From Xylographa opegraphella (taxonomy: Eukaryota): a stretch of DNA of 64,000 nt. Below the pieces are notes generated by a model. That model saw nothing but the letters and a program-made list of their open reading frames with translations. It searched no databases and was not told the DNA's origin. The stretch's first letter is position 1. Every line of letters begins with the position of its first letter. The DNA lies in assembly GCA_022813865.1 (NCBI GenBank), contig JALDZX010000032.1, positions 1-64,000 of the forward strand. The letters are read 5' to 3'. A program made the position numbers and the translations under genes. Shown here piece after piece: positions 50,155-63,818 of this stretch.

Positions 50155-53100
50155 TCACATCCTCGGCGCCTCGCCTTGATGGGCCTGTTCCTCTCGCTTC
50201 AGTCGGTCAATCACGCTCTGCACTCGACTTACAAAATTCGCTTTGAGGTCATCTCCCTCCTCGGCTTCCCGAATCTCATCCGTAATTTGCCTGTGATACT
50301 GTAAGAACTCTTCAACCGCGCCGAAGATTTTGCTGAGCATTTGGCCTCGTAACCGCGGGCGTATGCGCTGTCTGATGGACACGCTGATACTCAAAAAGCT
50401 AAGAAGTATTGACAGATAGCCGAACGGCACATTTAGTCTGATCTCTTTCTCCGAAGTCACCTGGGCGTGGTCAGCGGAGTTTCATGTCAACTGAAGTGAG
50501 GAGTCTAACCTCAGATATTCTGTCGATATTGCTCTCGAATATTTCAGAGAGTGCCGAGAGTGGATGCAGTTTGTCATCATCGCTCGACAGGAACAGCTTC
50601 CGCGTGCGTTCGTTCCATTCAGCGAGATTGATTAGCAGTCCCAGTGACAGAACTAGATTATCGACAACAATTTCGGTAGACTCCGCCGCAGTGCCTGAGG
50701 ACAAAGTAGAGAAGCTTGAACCGATCATAGACAGAGTCGCATGTATAACAGTTGGAGTAGAGAACGCATGGCAAATCGTCGAATTGTTATTCGTGAGGTT
50801 AAGACACAAACGCAGCGCTAGAGTCCGCAATGTTCCAGTCGGCGGTCCTACTTGCATCTGTATAATTGAAAGGAATTCTGCAATCTTGGCGATAGATCTG
50901 CTAGTCCACAACATGTCTTGGCCGTCTGAACACTTCGCAATGCTCGATGATTCAAGGATTGATAGCGACAACTCGACTTCTGCTGTGGCACCGGACTCCA
51001 GCGTCAATACGACTGCATTGTGGTTAGGGATGAGTATCTCGGTAAGTCTCTCAAATGTTTCATGTGATAGGATGTCGGATGTAGAGCCAGCTTCCCGTTG
51101 CTGTCGCACTATGTACTCGAGACATTGCAAGGATAATATGAGACCGGTAATCTGGGTTGGCTGTCCGCTTGTCCAGACATCCGCTAGCATGAACGATGCG
51201 CAGAAAGCAGCTACTTCTGCTCGTAGAGCCTTTGGCATGTTAAACTTCCGACTGCGCACTATCAATCCGAGGTCCTCATGACACTCAAGATATCTTCCCA
51301 GAAACTTGAGCACTGCAGGCGCCGCAAACTCTGCGATTGTATGGGACGAGACTGGATGGGCTATGATTTGTAATATGGCGGTAAGCAGTAAGTTGCCTGC
51401 GATGGTGTCATTACATGAGTCGACATGAGCCAGAAGACGAGCTTCGAGACCAAGGTCGACGAACCGACGGCGAAATTCGGGCTGTTGGAGCTTTGTTGTA
51501 ACCTCTAACAATCCGGAACGCCTGAGGGAGAGAGACACGTTATTCTTTTCATCGATGTCGTCGAGAATGGCTTCGATATCTCCGGTCATTCGCGCGTTGC
51601 CACCAGCTTGACGCAGCTCATGTATGCTCCTGATCGCGCCTGTGTTTGAACCAGTCGACTCATCAATTGTTGCTGGCAAAACAGGTAATTCTTGAGGCAT
51701 TAAGAGATCGTTACAAGGATCAGTCATGCTGGTAGCTGCTTTGGTTGCTGCTCTGAAGTTCATTACATCGGATGCAGGTGTATATGTAGAGAGAGCCTTG
51801 TCTAGATACTCCTCTGTCAAGAATGACCTTTCGCGTCCGTATGTGACTTTCATAGCTCCATTCTGTCGGTTCGAAGCCCCAGTTGACGAGAGCGGCTGAG
51901 GTTCATTCCGTTCTGAAAATGCAGAGTACACCACGGCCTCTCTCGAGGTCTTGGGCCCAGTTTGGCTCCTCCCAGATGAAGGACTACGTAAGGGTGAATC
52001 GCTGTCGCTATCGGAACCCGTCTCAATACCAGTCTTCTGTAGCGGGGCCGAAGGTTTACTAGGTGTACGTAGTCTATCTTTGATCTTCACTCGAGAAGGT
52101 GAAGGCAACGACGACGAGAGTGTTGGTCCTCGGGCCTGGTGATTAATCTTGTTATAAGCGTACGGGATATGAGAGGCGCCTTCCGAGCTTGAGATATCAA
52201 GGCTGGATATTTCTAGTCGCCCTGGACTCAGACTCTGTTTTCCAATACAAACCATTGGCTCGTCGATCCCGAGTTCTTGTGCTGAAACCAAGTTGCTTGG
52301 AAAAGAGCCGCCCAAGCTGTTTTCGTCCGTCACAGCCGACAAGGAAGAACCTAGATCAGGACTTTTCAATAGCACACACTTAGCAGCGTTCTTCAGTGTA
52401 TTTGCGGATGGAACCGTGTGCTCAAAGTGGTTGCAATTGAGACCAACTCGTAGGTCTTCAGAATGGGTAAGGGTAGCTTGAGGTACCGAATTCATACCGT
52501 GTCGGGACTTGGTAGAAGACGCTTGTTTAGCATGCACAACGTCCGGCTTGGCAAACCCTCCCATTGTGCTGTTGATAGATATAGTACTAGGCGCAGGTTT
52601 GTAGGTACCCCCTGGAGGTCTTGTAGAACGGTATGTAGGCTTTCTCGTGGTTGAAGGTTTTGGTTTTTCTATGGAAGCTGTTGACAAACCTTGCGGCTCA
52701 GAGCTCTTCATTCTCTTCCTCATTACGGATGCAGTCTCGGTTGCGATATGTTTCTGTAGACTCTGGTCATCCCAGACCACGCTGGAGTACTCCTCCATGC
52801 TCACAGGACTCAGCTTCCTCCTCTTGCTTGAATTCCTAACACGTAGGGGAAACGAGACCGCGGAATGCTCATCGGATGAAGGTACATCGTAAATGACATT
52901 GTTCTGGTAGCCTTCAAAACTCTCCGTAGTCACTATAGCGGGTGTGATTGATCTTGATTGGCTTCTGTTACAAATCACTGGTAGTGGCTCATTGTGATCC
53001 ACAGAGCTCTCGGGGCTTCCCCGACAAAGTTCTGGTGGGGAAGTCGCGCCGTCTTTCCGAATCCGACCCGATATTGTTCGTTCGCATCGATCATTGGCTT

Positions 53101-53236
53101 CATTCTGTGCCAGCGAAAGCTTGTTGCTTGCCAGACCTTTATGGGCCGTATTATCTCGTCGAGAAGCTTTGCCGTACGTTGCGGGCTTTCGTCGCGATTT
53201 GACTCCGAATGATGGAGTCGCCATTGAGCTTGTCAT
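50155..53236 (-). CDS. WPL1: Cohesin release factor Wapl (Wpl1/Rad61); intron ~50461-50510
   Basis: Long disordered N-terminus with TYG motifs. WAPL domain IRSIHELRQAGGNAR, LRLCLNLTNNN, LSLGLLINLAE, NVPFGYLSILL. Confidence 0.88.
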
Positions 53237-53837
53237 ACGGGCCTAGTCTTGGTACATAGATCGTTTGGAGTACTCGGCTGAGGCAAGCATGTCCCAGTTT
53301 CGATCTGAGATTGAGGTTTTATTGTAGTCGTTGCAAAGTCAGAGACACAAGAGGATGTGAGCGAGTGGGAGGAGCTGTGACGAAGTGAGTTTTAAGGCGA
53401 GGACGACAGCTCTGTTAGATCTCAGTTCAACCAAATGATTACATACAGAGCTACCAATAGAAAGAGATACGTACACACCGCGCTTGCCTCTTGAGGTAGG
53501 TATCCAAACAAAGCGACGCAAAGCCGTAACCCTCAATCCCAAGCTAAGGTCCTAGTGTGTACCGCTCCCGGCGCTATTCTTTAAAAGTGAGACTTCGAGC
53601 CTTTAAGTCCGGGTCTTGCATTAGCGGGCGGCCATGAAGGCTGAAGAACCAAACCGAGTGTGAGCAGGCACGCTGTCGTGTGTGATTCCAGGCTTGCTTG
53701 TACCAATACATAAACCCTTTCTGATACAGATCGGAGGGGTGTTTTCAAGCAACTTAGCACCTCTGAAATACGTCGGTGAATATCAACTACTTGCCTACCT
53801 TGTCACGGTATGCGGTAGCTTCTGAAGCGTCTGCAAC

Positions 53838-54752
<915 letters not shown>

Positions 54753-54928
54753 TTGATAGTTGTAATTCTTCTCAGCTATAGTTCCCTTCGAGTGCACCGC
54801 ACAAGGGCATGTGAATTAGACTACACTAAAGAAAGTCCACAGACCTTAAGACGGCTATTCGAGCTTGACGCTTATTGTAGATGGTGGACACCGTGAATGG
54901 TGGTATGGTAGGATATATATGCCTTTGC

Positions 54929-55515
54929 TCATTCATCATCGTAGTCCCCTAGGCCGTCCTCATCATCTTCGACAGCAGCCACCAGGTGCCTGTCGATCTG
55001 CATGTCCGAATTCCTGTGGCCCTCAGCCCCTGTCGCCAAGTCGGCGTAGGAGTGAGGAGCATCGTCTCTGCCTGCAGCATCCTTTGCCACTGAATCACAT
55101 GCGTCCACCCAATCTGAATAGACATCAACGCCAGCGGACAAATCTGTTTGGAGCAATCAACATGATCCTTTCATTGAATGCGTACGGGTTTGGGGCCCCT
55201 TGAAAGGAGTGAACACTCACAATTGATACCAGTCTGGAACTTTTGACCACACACTTTACAGGATAGCTCACCCGTTCCAGCTTTCTTGTCCATCTTCACG
55301 GTAACCGAGGCTTCATGGTTGCAGAACAAACATGGAAACGATGTGGGCAGAGGCTCTTGCTACCAGACGTCAGCCATTCCAGAGGGCTCTCAGTAACCGA
55401 CTGCGCGCCTATGCACCTTCTTTGGACCTTGCGGCTTTCGAGACGACTTCTTTCGTTTACCCTTAGGAGCGTGTTAGCGCACATATGGTAGGCCATCGGA
55501 ACAATGACATACCAT
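54929..55515 (-). CDS. ELF1: Transcription elongation factor Elf1; 3 introns, first exon is the ATG only
   Basis: [62 protein letters not shown]. Confidence 0.93.
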
Positions 55516-55991
55516 CCTCTGGAGCTATTACACATAACAAGATCACTTGCTCGGTAGCAGGGTCGAAGCGTGGAGGAGTGAGTGATGGGACCCCATGCAC
55601 AATGCGATCAAGCGATGCGTTGCAGGGTCGTTTCAGCCACAACCTTAAGATAAAGCTTGGTATGATGCCGGGGAGCCACACTAGCTTTAGTCAGTTAGTC
55701 TCGCTCTAGTAGGTCGGCCCTCTCGGAGAAACTTCGACCACCGTTCGGTCTGAGAACTGCCCGCGATCCCAGTGATTTCGGATTCCAAGTCGTTCATGGG
55801 AGTATCAAGCGTATTAACAAAAGCCTATCTCCGCATCTCTTCACCACTGTACTCAGACATCATCTGAATCTTTCCCACGCTGTGCATTTAGATTCAATTT
55901 CGGTTTCGTTGCGTGCATTTCTGGCTACCAAGCCTTTTCTGTCCAAGCATTTGTATTCGCATCTCATTAGAACCACTTATTACAATCGATA

Positions 55992-58291
55992 ATGGCTTCA
56001 TTGGTAGCTGATGGGGACTCTGACGCCAGCACGTTGCTTCGCCAAGTTCAAGCTACACTGCAGACGATGCAACAAGACTATAAAGGCTTGTCCGCAGTAG
56101 TGGAAACGATTAATGGCAGGGTCAATATTCTTTCTGGGATCAAAGAAATACAAGCTGTTGCAGGACAACAGAGGGACCACGACCAGCTGCCCAAGACAGC
56201 CCTGCCATCAGCCCAAGCTCCATCCGAGGCGATGGGGATCACACTGGAAGATATGAGCTCACCAAACATGCCAGGTAGTCCCAAAGAAGCATCGATTAAC
56301 AATACCATCTCCCGATCAAATCCGACGTCACGAATCATTCTCACCACTTATCCTGGACAGTCTGGTATCGACCCTCTGAAGATGCATTGGGGCCATTCAG
56401 ATCCTATGCAGAGAGGTCCTGTCGTGGTATCGCGGAATCACAGCACAATTAGACGCCGCAATGGTAAGCTTTTAACCAGTTTTCTACATAGCAAAGACTG
56501 AGTAAGCATGTAAAGCGATCGGCGCCCACGGAGGATCGTACTCCATTTATCATGCTCTCGCAGTAGCGAGTAAGGATCTTGATGTCGACCACAAACCCGA
56601 TTTCACCAACACAGAGCCTGCAGTCAACATCGGTCCATTCCCTCAGTGGGAAAACGCGCACAAGATCGTATCAATGGATCCGCTAGGTCATCTTGCGCCT
56701 TGGCTCTTCCGCGATATGATTGCAGAGGAGAACCTGGACATAAGACCTACCATTGCAATCACTAGAGCTCACATGAAGCTTCCTGAACTACAACACAGCG
56801 TGCAGGCAGGCCGTTTGGTACCGGATGGAAAGATATGCTTAAATGAAACAGGAGAGCTGGCAGTAATTATCTCTGCGGCTAGTTCGGATATTCGTTGTAC
56901 TCACATTCTGTATGCAGGTCACTAAGTTTGCCGTCGAACCTGTGTGGTTTTTACCAGGAGTTGCGGTCAGACCATGACCTATCCCTGATTCCATCATAGA
57001 AAGTCTCTAACATTTCCCTCGCTTGTAGGAAAGATTTGGTATCGGTACGCAAACTATCACATCATGGTCCAATTGAATGCTTACGGTGTAACTTCCTTCT
57101 AACATGGCTCTAGACGAAGGCACTTTGCGAAGGTCTCTATTCGAAAATACCGGCGGCTCATTTCCTGAACTCATAACACGCGGAGATATCAAATTGTTTC
57201 TTCCGCCGATTGGGGGACTTACGGTATATTGTTTTGGTGATCCCGCAAAGATGTCCGATGCAAATGTCCGCCTCGCATTACGTGTGCACGACGAGTGCAA
57301 TGGCAGCGACGTCTTCGGGTCTGATATTTGTACATGCAGACCCTATCTGATATATGGGGTGGAAGAAGCTGTGAAGGAAGCCCAGAACGGTGGCAGTGGT
57401 GTTGTGATATACTTCCGAAAGGAAGGGAGAGCCCTCGGAGAAGTGACAAAGTATCTTGTGTACAATGCACGTGAGTTGATCTGTATTCCATCTAAATCTA
57501 TACCAGGCACACTGACTCGGCCAACAGGAAAGCGTGGCACGGATCGTTAGTATCAGAAAGCCGAATGCTTCAAAGCAGACAAGCTTATGCTTTCATTAGG
57601 TGCCAGTGAGTATTTTCAGAGGACAGAAAGCATTGCGGGTGTCAAGGTGCCGTTCCTGCAACGTTTCGTTTATGACCAAAGAACTTACAATACTGTAGGA
57701 TATGCGGTTTCAAGCGCTCATGCCGGATGTACGTATGACCCCGTCGTACAGTCGCCTCTGAAATAGCGTCCGGAGTTAAGGGCATGACTAAGGCGATCGA
57801 ATCAACAGATATTGCATTGGTTAGGCATCAAGAAAATTGATCGAATGCTAAGCATGTCGAAGTGAGTATACGGTCTCTCTAGTGCTGGTAGTGACCTGCT
57901 GAAAATTAACAATAGTATGAAACATGATGCTATTGTCGAACAAGGCATTCCGATTCTCGAACGTGTCCCGATACCAGAGGAGCTTATTCCTGAGGATAGC
58001 CGTGTCGAGATTGACGCGAAGATCCATGCTGGTTACTGTAGGTACACTCCCACGACATTCGCTCTTGGCTTTCCCGATATCGGTGCCGCAACGGCGTGGA
58101 ATCACTATTCCAGTACGGTGGCATACATATTGGTGAACTGACAGAAATCTAGTCACCACCGGAAAAGTGATGAACATGACAGAGCTGTCTGAGGTACAAG
58201 GAAGACCTTGGGATGATGTCGATGTAAGCCACTTGAGAATGCTCGGGTTCGAACGAAGTGATCGGTCTACTGATCCACCTGCTAGCATTGA
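55992..58291 (+). CDS. urg1: Uracil-regulated GTP cyclohydrolase II-like protein (Urg1/Urc1 family); 11 introns
   Basis: RIILTTYPGQSGIDP, RRNAIGAHGGSYSIY, RPTIAITRAHM, VEPVWFLPGVAERFG, RVHDECNGSDVFGSDICTCRPYL, YFRKEGRALGEVTKYLVYNARKR, DMRFQALMPD, VEIDAKIHAGY. Confidence 0.9.
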
Positions 58292-59320
58292 GCAAAGATG
58301 GCGGGGAATCTCCATGCCGGTAGCTCCACGAACAGTCGCGGTCTTAGTCCTACACAGAGCGTTTCCCATATACCGACTGACAGCAGGGTTCGACGCCGCA
58401 GAATTCATTGAAGCACGTTGCGCCGGTATTTTTGAAGGAGAATTGTACTCGATCTGCAGACATTGACAGTGGATCACTTCTCGAGATCAATTTCACAACT
58501 AGGTGCAGTAGGCCACAATGATCACGAGCTTATGACATGGCATATCGCACTTTTTTCATCCCGACGTGTCAAGTCGTGACTCGACTGCGTGGTTTGATAA
58601 TGGCCTGGACCTTTGACGGTCGATTGCTAGTCTAGGATAGTATATCTAGTCACGCTGGGTGATCCGCTCCGACCGCGCTCCGACGAGCCGCCAATACTTC
58701 ATATTCTATACGATGAACGGATTTAGTTGTGGCGTGTTAAATACGATTGAAAGTGCTGCTGGCCATTGGTTTGTCCTTTGGTTATCCTCGATGACATCAC
58801 TCAGCGGGTCGCTCGCCCTGCTATTGCCGGAGTCACGGAAACCTCTGCGTTCTGATCGAAGAAACACAGGTGGAACCACGGCGGCAGCGCTCTTCAATTG
58901 AAGGAGCCAACCGAAGCTTGTGATTTTCATCCTCGCTGCTTTCACTTATGCAAGCCACGCGACGGTTGGGCATCGATGAGGCGATGCGCGAATGCCTCAT
59001 CCTTGGCTGTCATCCACTGAGGGGAGTTTTGCCGAGCACCCGAGGCCCGTGAGACCTGCCTCCAAACTCAATGCCGATTTTAGCCTGCTATCGTGAAGTG
59101 TTGTCGTTCGGATGTGCCCTGAGTTCAAGATGCCTCAACCAAGCTCCCTGGAATGGACATTCGGTAGTCTCTTTGCAGTCTGAAATTACCACATCCGTCC
59201 TGAGTGAATATTTTGTAAGGTTGGATCGAGATTCTTGTGGCCGTGTGTGAATTATCAGTTTATTTCTAGTACGCTTGTTTTGTTGAAAGGATCCGAGATA
59301 TCCTGTGCAGCAACATCACC

Positions 59321-59824
59321 ATGGCCATGTCAATGGCGGCACCCTCCAACTCATTCGGCACCTATCCGCCCCGGCCTCCTTTGTCTCGATCTACGACTGT
59401 CTCTCCATTGCTCACTGCCAACAGCACGCTCGGCATCAAAGCCTGCCCAGAGAATCGGGAGCAGGTTCAGGCGACATCCATACTGTCGAGGATATCATCA
59501 CAGCGTCCCCTGCCACGTCCGCACTCCGCGACGAACACGCCAGCGTGTTCTCCCCATGAGATGGGCCACTATTTCGATCACAAACTTCCTCCCGAACCAT
59601 GTTCCCGGTCCAGTCACGTCAGCGGACGTAGTCCGGAAGCTAGGCGGGATTTAACTCCCTCATGTTAGTATCAGCAGCGCGTGAGACAGCCAACGAGCTC
59701 ACGACATGTTATAGCATCGGCATACGTCAGCTTTCCCGACTTCGAGAGCACGAGCGTCGGTGCCCGCGAATGCCTGTCTCGTGCGGAGCGGCGAGATTTG
59801 CCAAGGAAAGAGGTCGGTGTCTGA
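59321..59824 (+). CDS. Small hypothetical Ser/Pro-rich protein with a C-terminal YVSFPDFE motif; intron ~59664-59714
   Basis: ATG-initiated ORF; an intron gttagt..ctcac..tag bypasses the stop and joins SAYVSFPDFE...EVGV*. No domain recognised. Confidence 0.45.
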
Positions 59825-60613
59825 GAGCGGAATCTTTGAGGCAAGTGGCAGGTGCTTCTGAGCGAAGAGATCGTAGCCGGATCTGTATGTCGTTCATTCA
59901 TGTCTTGGGGCGTGCTCCTAGGAAGAGAGCCTTGGTTAGAGCCGTATCACGTGCCGCGCGAGACCGCGGATCGGATGTTATTTCACATTGAAGCTTAGGT
60001 TGTGTGGGATATACCCACTGTGGCACCTTGACAGCATGGCCTACATGGACTACGGTTCAGGGAGTTGCTGGAGGGTGGGGTTTGGTGGGAAGAGTCCGCT
60101 TCATGTATCACTTTGAATGCAGCAGGGCGTTGAGCTAGCTAAAACATTGAGTTGTGATGGAGGCATTGTACCAAATTCTTGTGACCTACTGAAGTTCCCC
60201 AAAGGCTGGCTGCGGAGGGGATGCAGATGTATCTAACGCACCAAGGCAATACACGACTACAGCAGATCGTCCCCGTATACCGAACCACTTCTTCATCTTG
60301 TCTTTTTTGTATTCGACAGCAGCTGTAGCACTTTCATCTTCTCTGCTTGCGCCTTCTTCATCATCGATGGTTTTGACGATGGCCGAGTGCTCACTAAAGG
60401 CGATCGACAAGGTTGTGATATTCAGTATACACCAAGATGCTTTACATTTTCTATGAATACGTTGTCCGCAACTGTAACTCCAGGTTCTGCATACTGTATC
60501 GCTGTTCATCCCCTATTGCCTTCCAGGTGACCGAGACCCTTTTGATCCTTGCGCGCCCACCCCATGCTTCCCGAGCACCAACGGCATTGCAGTCCATTGC
60601 CACTGAGACATTT

Positions 60614-61237
60614 CTACACAATTTCCACCTCGCTTCTTCTGAAGCTCCCCGCACGACCTCTGGGCTTTGGCACTATTCTGCTGGACGAACCTCCCGGTGG
60701 AGGGAAGTATGAGCCCGACTTCTCATCGGGCCTCGCCGGAGGAGAAGGATCGTTCCACGCGCGGTGAGCCCCCCCGTGCGGCTTACTCGGGGGTAGATCG
60801 GCGAAGTAATTGGCAGGGAACGAAGGATGATTGACGGGAGGGAAGGCCGCTCTTCGGAAGATGGCTGCTGCGTCAAGCTGTTCCGGGGCGTGGGCATCGC
60901 GGCCATAGAGGTCGAAGCGGGTGGCAGTAAGCGAATCGGTGTCATCTCGTGCGGACAGTGGAAAGAAGTCTGGGTAGTCGTCGATGCCGGTGTCACGGGA
61001 ATAGATGGGTTTTACGTCATAGGCATCGCGTGCGTGGAGGTCGAAGTCGGGAGCGGCAAGTGAAGCGCTGTAGTCTCGTGCGGACAGTGGAAAGAAGTCT
61101 AGGTAATCGTCGACATCAGCTTCACGAGCATAGATGCCGCTGCTAAATTCTTCGGAGAAGCGTCCTTCGGCAGCGACGAGGGAAGCAATGGGGGTCAAGG
61201 AGGCGATGGTGACGAGGAAAGCGTTGAACGTCTTCAT
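60614..61237 (-). CDS. Secreted tandem-repeat precursor protein (207 aa), KEP-like
   Basis: MKTFNAFLVTIASLTPIASLVAA signal-like N-terminus, preceded by an A-run and a TATAAG at ~61390. Two ~43-aa repeats visible in DNA and protein, with recurrent (L/I)xxR-(D/E) sites. Confidence 0.75.
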   Translation of the reverse strand: MKTFNAFLVTIASLTPIASLVAAEGRFSEEFSSGIYAREADVDDYLDFFPLSARDYSASLAAPDFDLHARDAYDVKPIYSRDTGIDDYPDFFPLSARDDTDSLTATRFDLYGRDAHAPEQLDAAAIFRRAAFPPVNHPSFPANYFADLPPSKPHGGAHRAWNDPSPPARPDEKSGSYFPPPGGSSSRIVPKPRGRAGSFRRSEVEIV

Positions 61238-62723
61238 ATTTTTTTTTTTTTTTAGGAATATAGCTTCGATGATTCTGGGGCTGGTGTAGAGAGGGAGGGT
61301 CTTCAACAAATGATGATGTGGATATGTTTTCAAAGTAAATATAAAGCAATATACTGGATCTGAATGACTGTAGAGGACGAACAACCCCTCTTATACTAAT
61401 ACTGAGGACGGTGTCTCACTCTAGGCTGTGCCTTTGTCTCCAACGATCGCCGAATAGATATGGAGGTAGGTAAGCAGCAGACCAACACAGTCCCACCTCT
61501 GCTCCTGTCGAGAAGGAACATGTTTGTTCAAGCAAAACGGAGGTCCCTTACGGCAACTGTTCATGGACTAGGGCTGTATGTCTGGATGTCCATGACCAAG
61601 CCACGAACCTTGAAAGCATCAAATATTCTGATCTCGGGGCAGAAGTGAAAACATTGATATAACAAATGGCAGAGTCCGACCGATTTGGTGACGAGAGATC
61701 TATGTTTTCATGGCCTTACAGTCCTTGTAGTGCCCCCAAGCCATGAGATCTTGGGTCGGATAGCGATTCCCATCCCATCACCCCACGCTTCCCCAGAGCC
61801 TGTTGGAGAATCATGCTTCCAGGCTTTTGAGACTCCCCTGTGGATCCTATCGTTTGGGGGACCGCCGCGCCTCAGGACTGGGTCTGTTATACTCGTACAA
61901 CAGGTAGGTAACAACTGCGGCGGCAAAGAAGCACCAGGAGATCACCGACGGGATCCACTGGCTCGACTGGGGAGACGCTGTGCTGGCGAGTCGCGAGACG
62001 CGTCAGCGATTGAGCTTAGCGCTTGCCTCAATCCCTCAGACAGGATGCACTAAGCCCCCCCGGGTTAGTGCTCCTACTTTGCTGACTAACAAGTCAGGAG
62101 TGGTTGCACTTTATGCCATGGGGACTAACGGAGGGTTTTCCCACTGGGACAAAAGGACAATTGATATCAGAGGTACCTTGAAGTACATGATATGTGTAGA
62201 ACCCACATGTAGGTAAGCCCCAGTACGTCGGGTTACCTACTAACTCTAACCCGCAGGGACTTAGTGTGCCCCGTCGGAGGGACTGAGGCAACTTAGCGCC
62301 AAGGCCGTGCGACTGCCGAGTCAATGCATCCACAAGAGCTGCAGGAGTGGCGAACAACACGGGTTGTCTGAGACGTCGTTGGACTGTCCGCAGCGCTCCC
62401 ATGCGAGGTGGCCGTCGGCGGCAGACGCTAGAATGGTCCGTTGTGAGGGAAAGATAGACATCCTACAGCTTGCTATCTTGGACATGAGCCACTCCAATCC
62501 AACTGACTGGTGAGATTGGCATTTGGAATGCTAAGGGTATTTTAAGTATTTAATATTTCAACATTTGACGGGGGAGGACCCCGTGGATCTCTCTGACTTC
62601 TGCGGAAGAGACCGAATCAAATCATCAGCTCGAGATAGAACAATCATCAATGTTGTCAGGGCTTTACTTGCACTTTCACACTGACCTGAAAGCTTTATAG
62701 AGCTTTGCGACACTCGTCCAAGC

Positions 62724-63818
62724 ATGGTAGCTCAGGCAGCACAACTCCCTCGGGAACTGTTGAGCGAGGTTTTTGGCTTTTTGGACACTCCTGCTCCTTC
62801 ACTTGCCAGGCTTCAGCAGCAGCCGGCTCCAGATTTGACTGATTCTCCGACTGTCGACCTGAAGTCTATCTCCGCTGTCTCATGGAGCTGGAGGCAGATT
62901 GTGCTTCGGCTCCTGTTCAAGCATACTCGCGTGCTGCTGAAATGGGATGCAGATTCTCGCTGGACCTCGAACATCGAGGCTATGCTGAAGTTCGTCGAGA
63001 GAAGCGTAATAGCTTCTACCATCCAAAGCTTGACAATCATTTTCAACAAGTCGGAGGAAGAAAAGCAACTCTCGGAAGAGAAGCCACCTCCGGGCAAAAT
63101 AGATCAAATGTGGGCATCAGTATTTGATACCATTAGTCCCCAGCGCCTTACTGTCGTTGCTTCACCCAGGATACTAAGCTACATGACATCGTGCTCCCTC
63201 TCGAGACCCATCCTGGCTCACTACCACATCTCTCACCAGATACTGTCCTTGGTCCTTGCTCATCCCACAGAACTTTCTCAGATCTCCGCGGCGAAACCAT
63301 CCCTCCTCTCGATTCGCCCGTGGTCGAGCTTACTCCTCAACGAAGGTTCCTTCATCAGAGCATACAGCATTTGCGGGTATCCCTATATAGGCACCAATCC
63401 ACCGTCGATCCTGACAGACCTTGTCGGCGGCAACCGCAAAACGAATAAATTTATCCTTCCGTCCTCAATTCAGGACTTCTCATACATCGCAATCTTTCCA
63501 TTTTCTTTCCACTTTGGCAATCTCAGGAACCTGCCGCCTCAAGTGCGCAGGCTCTTCGTCAAGCTCATGCCAAGCGGTAACGTGCTTGCCGACCCGTGGC
63601 AGACAGCGCAGGCAAACGTGCTGGATCTAGTACGGGAGAGGAACAGTTGCTACGAGCAACTGCTGATGTTGGTATCGAAGCCGGAAGAGGCCAAGCTGCA
63701 CCGGCATCTGAAACTGATCGAATGTGGGGATGGCGATACCGAGCCGGCGTGGGGCGCGGAGGTGGCTAAACACCACGATGATATAGCTAATATCAATAGC
63801 GGCATAATCATACGATGA
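62724..63818 (+). CDS. F-box domain protein
   Basis: Uninterrupted 364-aa ORF. QLPRELLSEVFGFLD ... LKSISAVSWSWRQIVLRLLF is a split F-box; PWSSLLLNEGSF and YIAIFPF motifs follow. Confidence 0.8.
   Translation: MVAQAAQLPRELLSEVFGFLDTPAPSLARLQQQPAPDLTDSPTVDLKSISAVSWSWRQIVLRLLFKHTRVLLKWDADSRWTSNIEAMLKFVERSVIASTIQSLTIIFNKSEEEKQLSEEKPPPGKIDQMWASVFDTISPQRLTVVASPRILSYMTSCSLSRPILAHYHISHQILSLVLAHPTELSQISAAKPSLLSIRPWSSLLLNEGSFIRAYSICGYPYIGTNPPSILTDLVGGNRKTNKFILPSSIQDFSYIAIFPFSFHFGNLRNLPPQVRRLFVKLMPSGNVLADPWQTAQANVLDLVRERNSCYEQLLMLVSKPEEAKLHRHLKLIECGDGDTEPAWGAEVAKHHDDIANINSGIIIR

Noticed and set aside
50484..51281. Long antisense ORFs (also 18071-18871, 2641-3150, 36417-36980, 57848-58477)
   Set aside because: Shadows of real genes on the opposite strand; no recognisable motifs.
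61700..62500. Possible small spliced membrane protein on the minus strand (WIPSVISWCFFAAAVVTYLLYEY)
   Set aside because: I could not build a consistent start-to-stop exon chain.
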